Position numbers and translations under genes: made by a program. 64,000 nucleotides of DNA from a virus. Every line of letters starts with the position of its first letter. Position 1 is the first letter of the stretch. The notes beneath the pieces were generated by a model. That model saw only the letters and a list, made by a program, of their open reading frames with translations. It was not told the DNA's origin and searched no databases. The DNA lies in the IMG/VR virus record IMGVR_UViG_3300021090_001018, positions 3,361 through 67,360 of that record. One strand, 5' to 3'. Positions 54,157 through 63,213 of the stretch are shown in pieces.

Positions 54157-55116
54157 CTAATGAAAGGCCTCCCAACAGGCCGCCGCTAAACCCGCGCTCT
54201 TGCTGTCGTAGAAGTTCCGTCCGAAAATTTCAATGATCTTGAAAGCCTTGATCCCGGCCGACTCGCTGGGCACCCTTTCCGGCTTACCATCTTTGGCGTC
54301 CTTGCCCACCATGCAGGACCGCGCATAGCCCAAGACCACATAGCGTATCCCCTCTGGATCATCGTTGGCGAGAAGCCGCAAGATCTTGGCAACATCGGCC
54401 CATGTCGTCTTGCGGTCCCAGTTGAACAGAGCCTGAGCGAGTCGGAACGCATCGGCCTTGTTGAGGCTCGTCGTCTGGATGGCTTGGATCTGCTCAATCT
54501 CAGTCTCCAGTGAGCCAACCTGCTCCAGGATGACTAGAGCCTTGCGAGCCGACCCCTCCGCCGCCTCGGCAATCTCCTGAATGACCCCCTCCGTCAGCGT
54601 CATCTGTTCCCGCTCGGTGACCCGACGGAGGAGCCTCACCAAATCATCCTCGGATAGAGCATTGAGCTTGACCTCCGTAGACCGAGTATGGATCGTCTTG
54701 ATGAGCTTCTGAGGATCCGTCGTCGCCAGCATGAAGTAAACATGACCGGGAGTATCCTCCAAGAGCTTCAGGAAGGCATTCTGCGCGTCGCCAGTGAGCT
54801 TATGCGCCTCATCAATCAACCAGATACGGCATTTGCCCGCCATGGGCGAAAGGTTGGCATAGCGGCGGATATCGCGGACCATGTCGATTCCCTTGAAGTC
54901 CGCACAATTGATCTCGGTGAAGTCGTGATCCCCACATTGCAAGATCTCTTTGAGGATCCTGCCTATCGTCGTCTTGCCGCAGCCAGATGGGCCCGTGAGC
55001 AAGAGAGTATGGGGAATCTTGTTATGGTCCACTAGCTTCTGAAGGGATGCTATCGCCCCATCTTGTCCAATAACACCCTTCAGAGTCTTGGGCCGATAGA
55101 GCTTGTAAAGTTCCAT
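54157..55116 (-). CDS. dnaX: Clamp loader (DnaX gamma/tau-like AAA+)
   Basis: YRPKTL..VIGQ, GPSGCGKTT, IDEAH.L...AQNAFLKLLEDTP. Confidence 0.9.
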   Translation of the reverse strand: MELYKLYRPKTLKGVIGQDGAIASLQKLVDHNKIPHTLLLTGPSGCGKTTIGRILKEILQCGDHDFTEINCADFKGIDMVRDIRRYANLSPMAGKCRIWLIDEAHKLTGDAQNAFLKLLEDTPGHVYFMLATTDPQKLIKTIHTRSTEVKLNALSEDDLVRLLRRVTEREQMTLTEGVIQEIAEAAEGSARKALVILEQVGSLETEIEQIQAIQTTSLNKADAFRLAQALFNWDRKTTWADVAKILRLLANDDPEGIRYVVLGYARSCMVGKDAKDGKPERVPSESAGIKAFKIIEIFGRNFYDSKSAGLAAACWEAFH

Positions 55117-55131
55117 ATCATGTTATCTCGA

Positions 55132-55291
55132 CTACCTTACCTGCCAGACCCTACCATACCTTACCTCACCAAACCTCACCACACCTTACCTGCCAGACCC
55201 TACCATACCAAACCTTACCGCACCTTACCCTACCAAACCTGCCGAACCTCACCTGCCAGACCCTACCAGACCCTGCCATACCATACCTACC
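55132..55291 (-). repeat. Punctuated (GGY-NN)n pentamer array, candidate non-coding RNA
   Basis: 28 GGYNN pentamers in blocks of 6, 2, 9, 9, 2 separated by GGCA tetramers; intergenic. Confidence 0.9.
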
Positions 55292-55472
55292 GAATCTGCC
55301 GCTTGACCTCACGAACCGCCGCATAGACTTGGGCCAGCTCATGAAGTTGACCATAGCGTTGACGGTGATCCTCAAGTTCGCTCAGAGCCTCCTGAAGCAT
55401 TTCACGCCGCCTCCGGGAGTTGGAAAGAACGTCCACCACCAATCGGTAACCACCACCCCGCGCTCGTCCCAT
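55287..55472 (-). pseudogene. Short or truncated gene directly upstream of the array
   Basis: GGGYRLVVDVLS...MLQEALSELE....RY..LHELAQVYAAV looks like a C-terminal fragment; overlapped out of frame by 44-aa ORF 55382-55516. Confidence 0.5.
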
Positions 55473-55512
55473 TCTCTTTGTGTTTCCGATGTTTGTAAAT
55501 GTGTTGCCTTTT

Positions 55513-56997
55513 TCATGCCTTATTATCTTCCCTCACCAAACTCTTCAAGAAGCGGACGGGATCCTGAGTGGTCTTACTCGGGTCCTCAGGATGAATAAAA
55601 CGACCCTTCTTGAACTTGAATTCCTGTTTCTGAAACCAATTACCTCCCACCGGACAGATCTCATATTCCACCTCCAATGGCACCACCAACCAAGTATAAG
55701 CCTTGCGGAGCCGGACCATGACGACTTCTTCTACGATGGCCAGGTAGTCCTTCAACTCACCAACAGCAACATCCCCCACCAAACTATCATGAATCTGACC
55801 AACCACCATTGACCTCATGCGGTGGGTTGCTAACAACCTATTCACACGGATCAAGGCCCAAAGTAAACAATGGAAGGCGGATCCCTGCACGGGGTAGTTC
55901 ACAACTGAATTCCGATTGAACGAGCCGTGAACTCTAAAGCCCGTCAATAGGTCAAAGTATCCCCTCTTCAGATACTTCCCATACCATAACTTCCGCCACC
56001 TCCCATATTCCATGAAACGCCGGTTCCAGAAATCATCCTCCACCTCCTCAAGGTGCTTCTCGAAGGATCCGTCTTCCGGGTCTTGCTCTGGATCCAGCAC
56101 ACCCAAATGAGTAATACCCTGCCGCTCGAGATGATTATACAGCGAGTCACCCTCAGGAGACTTGAGTTTTCCTAGGCGGATCCATTCCCAAAGGTTGCGA
56201 GCACAAGCTACGTAGAAGTCACCATAGAACTGAGGGAAGACAAACTTATTCTTCGCTCCATACCTGATATCTTTGGTCACCTGCTCTGGCTCCAGCAGGT
56301 AGATCTGGGCAGCCATATCCCGGTGCATGTCCTTAGTCGGGTCGGTGATGTAGGAGATGAAATTTGGGTCTTTATGGTAGGCGGCACTGACCACTACCTC
56401 GGCTCCCTTAAAGTCGTTCTCTACCAAAACGTGACCTTTAGAGGCAATAAAATGAGAACGAATTATCTCAGAAATCTCCTTATCTCGAACTGGGAAGTTC
56501 TGGAAGTTCGGCTCGCTCGACGAACTGCGGTAGGTGCGGGCCGTGTGGAGGTGAAAAGAAGGATGGAGGCGATCGCCAACCACCTCCCTCTCAATCCCAG
56601 TCAGGAAGGTCCCCAAAGTTTTCTGATACTTGAGATACCGGACGATCTTCGCCACGAAGGGGTTGTCAATCTTCTGGAGGGCCTCCTCATCCGTTGCGGG
56701 CCTGCCCGTTTCGGTCTCGTCAGTCACCTCATAATGGAGGTCAACATGGAGGATCGTTGCCAATTGTTCCCTGGAGGTGAGATTGGCCCTCTCTCCATAC
56801 CGCCGCCGCCAAGTCTTCCACACGTCCTCTGCCTCCATTTCATAACGGAGGCACCTGAGTTTCTCTGTAAGAGATCTCCTCGTCTCAACCAACCGAGGGA
56901 CATCAATCCGTATTCCATTCGCCTCGACCTGAGCGAGGGCAATCGCTCCCTCATGAAGCAATTGATAGCCCTTCTGGCGAACGGCATCAATCCTCAT
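55513..56997 (-). CDS. polA: Family A DNA polymerase, polymerase domain only
   Basis: TYRSSSSEPNFQNFP, ENDFKGAE (motif A), RYGAKNKFVFPQFYG (B), NYPVQGSA, QIHDS (C). Confidence 0.93.
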   Translation of the reverse strand: MRIDAVRQKGYQLLHEGAIALAQVEANGIRIDVPRLVETRRSLTEKLRCLRYEMEAEDVWKTWRRRYGERANLTSREQLATILHVDLHYEVTDETETGRPATDEEALQKIDNPFVAKIVRYLKYQKTLGTFLTGIEREVVGDRLHPSFHLHTARTYRSSSSEPNFQNFPVRDKEISEIIRSHFIASKGHVLVENDFKGAEVVVSAAYHKDPNFISYITDPTKDMHRDMAAQIYLLEPEQVTKDIRYGAKNKFVFPQFYGDFYVACARNLWEWIRLGKLKSPEGDSLYNHLERQGITHLGVLDPEQDPEDGSFEKHLEEVEDDFWNRRFMEYGRWRKLWYGKYLKRGYFDLLTGFRVHGSFNRNSVVNYPVQGSAFHCLLWALIRVNRLLATHRMRSMVVGQIHDSLVGDVAVGELKDYLAIVEEVVMVRLRKAYTWLVVPLEVEYEICPVGGNWFQKQEFKFKKGRFIHPEDPSKTTQDPVRFLKSLVREDNKA

Positions 56998-58171
56998 AAC
57001 CCATCTCCCTCCGCTGTCTAATTGCCAAATGATATTCCAAGAGAGCATCCGTCCCTCCATAGAAGAGAAGAGTCGCCAGATCAATCTCTCTTATGCGGTT
57101 GTAGGGACCCTCCTTATTAGTCAGATAGGGCTCGACATTCTCATTGTAGGTGGGAATCCCCAACTTCACGAAGGCTTGGAATTTGAGCGAGCAGATCCCC
57201 GGACGATTATCTAGACAGTGAGAGGCCAGCATGGTATCCCATCCCCAATTCACCACGCCATGCCCGAAGGTCGCACGAGTCCACCTTTCCTCAAATTTCA
57301 GATTGGCAGCGATCTTCCTTGTCCGTTTCGAGCGGAGGAAGAGACCCGTCACCTCGATTGCATCACCCGACCAGGGATAGGAGATGGTCTCCCTCCCATT
57401 GGAGATAGCACAGGACACAATCCGTGCCTTCGGCCATTCAGGTTTGATACAATTCGTCTCATAATCGACCACTACCCAGCCTCCCTCATCATCAATCCTC
57501 TTCAACCATTGACGCACCTCCGCATCAGAATAGACCAACCTGATCCTCTTATGAAAGTCAGGCTGCTTCGGGGGATCCCGTTCAATGGAGAAGGCCGCCC
57601 TCAAATGGTCAGAGAAGAGCCGGTCCATCAATGGATTCTTCATCCGAATTAGAAAGGCCGGATGGTAGGTAGGACAGATCCAATGATCCTGACAAGGGAT
57701 CCGCCAACCCACCCATCTCTCGACGGCGCCGATGTCTCCCTTCCAGTACCTCTCCATGAGGCTGGTCAGAGCGGATTTGCCCAAGAGCACAACCACACGA
57801 GGCTCAGTCCTCGCAATCGCCTTCCGCACGTTAGGCCGACAATATGAGATTTGCCTTGCATCAGGTGTCTTGTTCTTCGGCGGTCGGCATATCAAGGCGT
57901 TGGTAGTCCAGGCATCTCGGTCCAGATCTACGTCGAGATGGTCCAACGTCTGACGGAGGAACCGGCCCGCCTTACCTATGAAGGGCCGACCCTCCTCATC
58001 CTCTGTCTTCCCAGGCGCCTCTCCTATGACGAGGACCTCCCTCTCTCCCTTCCCATAAACCCCCATCTTCGGACTCTCACAGGTCTTGAACAATCCGCAA
58101 GCCCCACACCTTGGAACCAGACCTCCCGATCTCTCTTTCTGGACCGCCGAGGATTGGAAGAATCCCGTCAT
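56987..58171 (-). CDS. Family-4 UDG-like domain fused to 3'-5' exonuclease
   Basis: CGAC.L...C, GEAPG..ED..GRPFIGKAG, YHPA; DYET, NLKFE, DTMLA, YGGTDA. Confidence 0.9.
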   Translation of the reverse strand: MTGFFQSSAVQKERSGGLVPRCGACGLFKTCESPKMGVYGKGEREVLVIGEAPGKTEDEEGRPFIGKAGRFLRQTLDHLDVDLDRDAWTTNALICRPPKNKTPDARQISYCRPNVRKAIARTEPRVVVLLGKSALTSLMERYWKGDIGAVERWVGWRIPCQDHWICPTYHPAFLIRMKNPLMDRLFSDHLRAAFSIERDPPKQPDFHKRIRLVYSDAEVRQWLKRIDDEGGWVVVDYETNCIKPEWPKARIVSCAISNGRETISYPWSGDAIEVTGLFLRSKRTRKIAANLKFEERWTRATFGHGVVNWGWDTMLASHCLDNRPGICSLKFQAFVKLGIPTYNENVEPYLTNKEGPYNRIREIDLATLLFYGGTDALLEYHLAIRQRREMGYED

Positions 58172-58854
58172 AAGCCGAGGCCTGTCTTCTTGCCCTTCTC
58201 TCTGAAGAGAAGAATCCCCGTGGTTGATCGAGCGAGGCGTCCATCCCTGACCACTCCAAGGATATCAGATACCCAGGTCTGCAACCTAAAATGATTGGTC
58301 CATTCCTCTAACCGCTTGAGTTTCCTCACCACCTCGGCGACGCTCTTCTCACTCACTGGTTTCATCTCACACAAGGCCCCCTGACCCCCATCCACTCGAG
58401 GATAGGACCAACCCCGACCGAACAGCTTCTGGGTGAGCACATTGGCCCGAGCCGATCCCTCATCAACCGGCTGGAGAGTTCTGATGAGCTCGAAGTCACA
58501 CGAGAAAGGTCGCACTTGGTAGATGCCACATCGCCCATCCTCAGGTTGGAGATGACGACAACGACTGGTCTGATTACCCTCCTGAAAATCAGACCAAATC
58601 TCAACCTGTCTCCCATTGAAGTCGATCAACCTCTTGATGGCCCCAACAGGTCGTCCCTCTGATGGGAGGTAATCTAACGTGAACTTGAAGCAGCAACCCC
58701 CACAATTTGCGGGGCAAGTGTAGTCGCGCAGGAGTAGAGAAGAGACCCTGAGTGGTTGGGGAAAAAATTCCTTCCCACGGAAGGTGAACTTCTCCAGCGT
58801 CACGGTCGCAAAATACCGCTCAATGATTTTGGTGACAGAGTCGGATTGCATCAC
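58168..58854 (-). CDS. YkgJ-like Cys-cluster (Fe-S/Zn) protein
   Basis: CPANCGGCC...CRHL...RCGIYQVRPFSC. Confidence 0.8.
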   Translation of the reverse strand: MMQSDSVTKIIERYFATVTLEKFTFRGKEFFPQPLRVSSLLLRDYTCPANCGGCCFKFTLDYLPSEGRPVGAIKRLIDFNGRQVEIWSDFQEGNQTSRCRHLQPEDGRCGIYQVRPFSCDFELIRTLQPVDEGSARANVLTQKLFGRGWSYPRVDGGQGALCEMKPVSEKSVAEVVRKLKRLEEWTNHFRLQTWVSDILGVVRDGRLARSTTGILLFREKGKKTGLGL

Positions 58855-59948
58855 TCATCAGGATCTTCGACCTTCTTCTTCCTCTTGGGTTTCTCTTCTT
58901 CCTCGTCATCCTCGGTGGACGCGGCAGCCTCTTCTTCACCTGGATCCTGCGGCCTACCTAATACCGTAACATATTCCCAGCTCCCGCCCACTACCTTCAG
59001 TTTATCACCCACCAGCTGAGCCTCATCATATTTCTCGGAGATGTGCTTGAGAAGATCAGGAGCGATGTTGAACTCCATCGGTGGTCCTTCCCAATTGACC
59101 TTTTTCACCTCCTTATACCAGCCCGTCAACCCCTCCCCCAGGATGCGAATGACTCCATTAGACAGAGAGACAGATACCAACGGATCGCCCGCCTTATCCG
59201 CAGCAAAAATAGCGGCGCGATCACTCGCATCTTTAAGGGACTTGGGGATAGTGATGGGACGACCCTCAAACTTGATGATGTCGTCCAAGGAAGGATACTC
59301 CTCGGAATAGCGACGGCAGGAGAAGATCAATCCCTCAGTGTTCTTGAAATGGATCCAGGCCTCAGTCAACGCGAACTGGTCCATCCCTAATTGCGTGATA
59401 TGAACCAGCGAAGTCCCTCGAACCAAGACGGACTCCCGCAAACCAGTCTCCACCTTGCATCGCATGACCTGCAAATTGTCGCAAGCCTCAATCAGATGGG
59501 GTGTCAGATGAATGCACGTAAGCAGAAACCGACTCTCATCCTGGCTCACGCAATGGTGAACCAGCCCTATCCCCTCAACAAAAGCCTTGGGCAGTTCCGC
59601 CCACTTTTTCGGGATCTCCACGCGATCAATTGGAAGGAAGATCTCAGCGTCCTTGGTGACACCAAACCCTTTCCGCTTGCCACGAAACTCCAGTTCACCC
59701 TTGTCGTTCTCGCGGACCAGCAGCTCTTCATCATCCATCTTCTCGAGAATGGCAAAGAGGGTAGTCGCCTGAATGGCGCCGGTGATGTCGAGACCAATGT
59801 CCATCCGGCAGGCCACCTCATCGTTGAAGGTCATCACCGCACTGTCTTGGAAGACCAAACAACTCGACTGTTCTATGAATTCCCTTGGTGAAAGACCCGC
59901 CTTCACCGCGTTGAGTTTATTCAGGAAGTTTTCTCGATTTATTTTCAT
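58851..59948 (-). CDS. dnaN: Sliding clamp (DNA pol III beta-like)
   Basis: MKINRENFL..L, VSQDESRFLLTCIH, EYPSL, size 365 aa. Confidence 0.8.
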   Translation of the reverse strand: MKINRENFLNKLNAVKAGLSPREFIEQSSCLVFQDSAVMTFNDEVACRMDIGLDITGAIQATTLFAILEKMDDEELLVRENDKGELEFRGKRKGFGVTKDAEIFLPIDRVEIPKKWAELPKAFVEGIGLVHHCVSQDESRFLLTCIHLTPHLIEACDNLQVMRCKVETGLRESVLVRGTSLVHITQLGMDQFALTEAWIHFKNTEGLIFSCRRYSEEYPSLDDIIKFEGRPITIPKSLKDASDRAAIFAADKAGDPLVSVSLSNGVIRILGEGLTGWYKEVKKVNWEGPPMEFNIAPDLLKHISEKYDEAQLVGDKLKVVGGSWEYVTVLGRPQDPGEEEAAASTEDDEEEEKPKRKKKVEDPDE

Positions 59949-60111
59949 TGCTTTTTCGTTTCCGCCTCAGATAGGCTTTCAACCGGTCCACGCTCCCAGC
60001 CTGCCGCTGGCGAAGTTGATGGAAAGTCAACATGATATGGGGTTTCCTCTCAGGTATTAGGACCTCTGGCGTATCGACAAGACCTCCACCTCCACTAAAG
60101 TAGATTCTCAT
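59917..60111 (-). CDS. Small protein resembling the N-terminus of TGT/DpdA-like barrels
   Basis: MRIYFSG...HIMLTFH. Confidence 0.5.
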   Translation of the reverse strand: MRIYFSGGGGLVDTPEVLIPERKPHIMLTFHQLRQRQAGSVDRLKAYLRRKRKSNENKSRKLPE

Positions 60112-60391
60112 GGTCGGGACAGATAGAGTCAAAAGTAAGCTGAGTGTCAGGAACCTTGAGACGATCAGGATGATCTTCCGCGAATTTGCGAAATTGATCA
60201 ATCAGCAGATTGAGAGACGCCAGGTGATCAGGTCTACACCGTACCAGGGCGGTCGCCCGGTAGGCCACCAGAGTGGACAGGGCTATCTCATCACGAGCGC
60301 GGAGGATGAAGATCGGCTCATCCTCGGGGATCGCAACACCGGATTGCACGTTGACAATACTTCCCTCGACTCGATATTTCGATACTTTCAT
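60095..60391 (-). CDS. Hypothetical phage protein
   Basis: IPEDEPIFILRARD..A...L..Y...K.PD. Confidence 0.65.
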   Translation of the reverse strand: MKVSKYRVEGSIVNVQSGVAIPEDEPIFILRARDEIALSTLVAYRATALVRCRPDHLASLNLLIDQFRKFAEDHPDRLKVPDTQLTFDSICPDHENLL

Positions 60392-60392
60392 A

Positions 60393-60596
60393 TCATCGCC
60401 TAGTAAACCTCCACTCACCCAACCAGTAGTTAAAATCCTCCTCGGTCAGATCGAATCGAAACGTGGCCAGATCCCGCACCCTCAGGATATCCTGACCATC
60501 CTGCTCACTCAAAAATCTAAAGATACTCACTCCCAGGTGCATCGGGATCTCCCTTCCGCACCAAAGCACGCCTACCGGCTCTTCATATTTCGTCAC
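60393..60596 (-). CDS. Hypothetical protein
   Basis: Coupled ORF. Confidence 0.5.
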   Translation of the reverse strand: MTKYEEPVGVLWCGREIPMHLGVSIFRFLSEQDGQDILRVRDLATFRFDLTEEDFNYWLGEWRFTRR

Positions 60597-61624
60597 AATC
60601 CGAAACCCTTCCGATAACGAGCGGATCCCCGCTCGACTATCCTATAATCTAGAGGATAGGGCCAAGGTGGCCGACTCTCCTCCAAATGCTTTAGATACCG
60701 AAGGTTGGCAATACTGCGAGCGCGGTGATGGGAGGAGACACCAAATATCTTCACCTTGCCTTCCGCATCCGTCGAACCCATCTCCAATCCCAAATGACGC
60801 AACCAATGATCCACCGTCTCGCGAATCGCGGGGGCCGTCTTCCCATAGTCGTAGTGTTTCCCACTAATCATCTTTTGGGGGGAGCGGAAAGACACATTCA
60901 CCATCATGGGAGGAACATCCCAGCGCCAATCTTCCCTCTCATGACTCCACCGAGGCACATAGAGCCAGCCATAGGCCGAGAGCTTCACCCAGGTCGCCGA
61001 ATCTATAGACCACCAAGGGTAAGTGCAAACCAATTCCCAGGAGGTCATCGCGAAGCCATGCGTCTTGATAACAGGAAGACGATGATTGGATGCCGGACAG
61101 ATGTGAGAGAAGAATGCATCAGCCCAACCAAAATATTCATGACGACTGACACCTTGGCCCAAACCACCTACCCCCAACAAGTCATATCTCGATCCGGTAT
61201 CACCTAAATAGCGATCCACCCATTTCATCTCCGTCCCATAGTGAATAATGGGGACAGGCGTGACTCCATGCTCCTCCTCGAAGTACCTCTGTATTTCCCA
61301 GGTCAACTGAGGATTGGAAATGGCATCGACATTGGCGCACAAGATCCCTTTATCAAGATCCCTCATCCTCTTCATGAAGGACGCATAGTTGTCACAGTAT
61401 CTCCTGAATTCCGAGCCCTTCTTCAAATCGTAATAGCTAAAATCTCCTTGGCTCCATCTAACGGGAGGCTTGTCCAGGTTGCGACCCGTCTTCCCCTTTC
61501 GTTCACCATGCTTGAGCACCTCAATGTTATAGATGGAATGAGCCCCCGAATCCACAAAGATGCTCTCTGAATAGATCGTCCCCAATGGCAGTATTCCTAC
61601 CTGTGGGTGGAATGCCTTCATCAT
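60593..61624 (-). CDS. dpdA: DpdA/TGT-like DNA-guanine transglycosylase
   Basis: IFVDSGAHS, ANVDAI, PIIH, GVGGL, KTHGFAMT, WWSIDSATW; adjacent to folE/queE/queD. Confidence 0.8.
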   Translation of the reverse strand: MMKAFHPQVGILPLGTIYSESIFVDSGAHSIYNIEVLKHGERKGKTGRNLDKPPVRWSQGDFSYYDLKKGSEFRRYCDNYASFMKRMRDLDKGILCANVDAISNPQLTWEIQRYFEEEHGVTPVPIIHYGTEMKWVDRYLGDTGSRYDLLGVGGLGQGVSRHEYFGWADAFFSHICPASNHRLPVIKTHGFAMTSWELVCTYPWWSIDSATWVKLSAYGWLYVPRWSHEREDWRWDVPPMMVNVSFRSPQKMISGKHYDYGKTAPAIRETVDHWLRHLGLEMGSTDAEGKVKIFGVSSHHRARSIANLRYLKHLEESRPPWPYPLDYRIVERGSARYRKGFGL

Positions 61625-61821
61625 GACCAAATCCCGTCTGGGTATTCCTTCTTCAGAGCTCCCAGGCTGCGGCGAATGTAATCGGCCACCGGATCACTCT
61701 TATCATCCTTGAGGCCCTTCTCGGTCCAGAAATAATGAAAGTAATGAGCAGGGACATCTTGCATCCGGGCCCCCTCGTGTTTCCCCCAAGGCATCTTATC
61801 AGTATCTTTGAGAGCTCTCAC
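61621..61821 (-). CDS. Small DUF3820/ExoX-C-like domain protein
   Basis: MPWGKHEG..MQDVPAHY. Confidence 0.75.
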   Translation of the reverse strand: MRALKDTDKMPWGKHEGARMQDVPAHYFHYFWTEKGLKDDKSDPVADYIRRSLGALKKEYPDGIWS

Positions 61822-62489
61822 TGTCCGTTGCTCCTGGCCGCCAAATCTACCAGCTTAAAAAACTCATCCCGTGCCGGCCCCTCAGCACGGAACACCCCTC
61901 GCATGGCGCTGGTGACCATGACCGCCCCGTGCTTCTGAACCCCTCTACAGGCCATGCAGAGATGTTTCGCTTGCACCACCACCGCCACCCCGCGGGGTCG
62001 AAGGTGTGTCTCCAAGGCGTTGGCGATCTGCGTCGTCATCTGCTCCTGAATCTGAAGCCGCCGCCCGAAGCAATCCACCAACCGCGCCAACTTCGACAGT
62101 CCCACCACCTTAGACTTGGAACCGGCCGCTGGCAAATAGGCAAGGTGAGCATGACCCGAAAACGTCAAGAGATGATGCTCGCAAACGGAGTAGAATTCAA
62201 TCCAGGGGCAGACAATGATTTGATCATACTCGGCAGTGAAGGTCTTGGAGAGAATCTGGGAGGGGTCCTGGAGGTAGCCCGCTGTCATCTCCTCCCAGGC
62301 TCGCAGAACCCTGGCCGGAGTATCCACAAGCCCTTCACGGTGGGGGTCCTCTCCAACAAAACGAAGAAGGTAACGGACTCCTTCCTTGGCGTTGGCGCCG
62401 ATGGCCACCAATCTCTCGTTCGCAGCCTGTGATCTGGTAGTCTTTAGCATGGGTGGTCCTTCTAACTCGAGATCTCCAGGGTAGCGCAC
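61818..62489 (-). CDS. folE: GTP cyclohydrolase I
   Basis: GEDP.REGL.DTPARV, CEHH, GLSKLAR, QIQE, HLCMACRGV. Confidence 0.97.
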   Translation of the reverse strand: MRYPGDLELEGPPMLKTTRSQAANERLVAIGANAKEGVRYLLRFVGEDPHREGLVDTPARVLRAWEEMTAGYLQDPSQILSKTFTAEYDQIIVCPWIEFYSVCEHHLLTFSGHAHLAYLPAAGSKSKVVGLSKLARLVDCFGRRLQIQEQMTTQIANALETHLRPRGVAVVVQAKHLCMACRGVQKHGAVMVTSAMRGVFRAEGPARDEFFKLVDLAARSNGQ

Positions 62490-62493
62490 GAGG

Positions 62494-63213
62494 TCATAGG
62501 CCTCTCACCGGATCACCACCCAAGGGCACGGGAGATCGGCTTCTCGGGTCCACGGTATCAACCTTGAACAACTTATGGATCTGATAACCGGCTCTGAAAT
62601 CGCCCTCATTCCGCCGGACCTGGTTGATGACCGCCTTTAGAACCATGGGGTCCTCTCGGTGGCCCCATTCAGGATGGAGCCAGACTGGGATGCAGAAAGG
62701 GATGGGCAGGCCTAACCTGGTGAGCATCCCGCAGTAGAGGTCTATGTCTGAGGGCTCCTCAACAATGATCTTGAATTCATCGGCCAACCAGATGCTAGCC
62801 ACCAATGGAGGCTTCCACTTCTTCGGCGAGACAGTGACCCAATCAAAAGAGTCGCCAAACTTGAAAGCCCCACTGGTCTCCAAATGCACCCTCTGGCCGG
62901 CAGTATGAAGTCCCTCCACCAAAGGTTCCAAATCGAAGATGGCTGGCTCGCCGCCGGTGACTACCACAAAAGGGACGTCAGCCTCGACGGCCTCCTGAAC
63001 AATCTTCTGCACGGGCATGATCTCCACGTCCTTCGGCACCCATTTGGGATGCCAGGTCCCGGCAGAGTCGCACCAGGGACAATGAACCGGACAGCCAAAG
63101 AGCCTGACAAAGAAAGCTTTCCGACCCATGTGAACTCCCTCTCCTTGGAAGGTCACAAACCGCTCGTGGACACGGTAGCTGGTCTTGGGAGAACTCATAG
63201 CTCGTAATGGCAA
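62494..63213 (-). CDS. queE: 7-carboxy-7-deazaguanine synthase (radical SAM)
   Basis: FQGEG..G...FVRLFGCPVHCPWCDS, TGGEP, LETSG, VSPK, QIHK. Confidence 0.95.
   Translation of the reverse strand: MPLRAMSSPKTSYRVHERFVTFQGEGVHMGRKAFFVRLFGCPVHCPWCDSAGTWHPKWVPKDVEIMPVQKIVQEAVEADVPFVVVTGGEPAIFDLEPLVEGLHTAGQRVHLETSGAFKFGDSFDWVTVSPKKWKPPLVASIWLADEFKIIVEEPSDIDLYCGMLTRLGLPIPFCIPVWLHPEWGHREDPMVLKAVINQVRRNEGDFRAGYQIHKLFKVDTVDPRSRSPVPLGGDPVRGL

Noticed and set aside
55132-55291. CRISPR array
   Set aside because: No 25-45-bp repeats with unique spacers and no cas genes; periodicity is 5 nt
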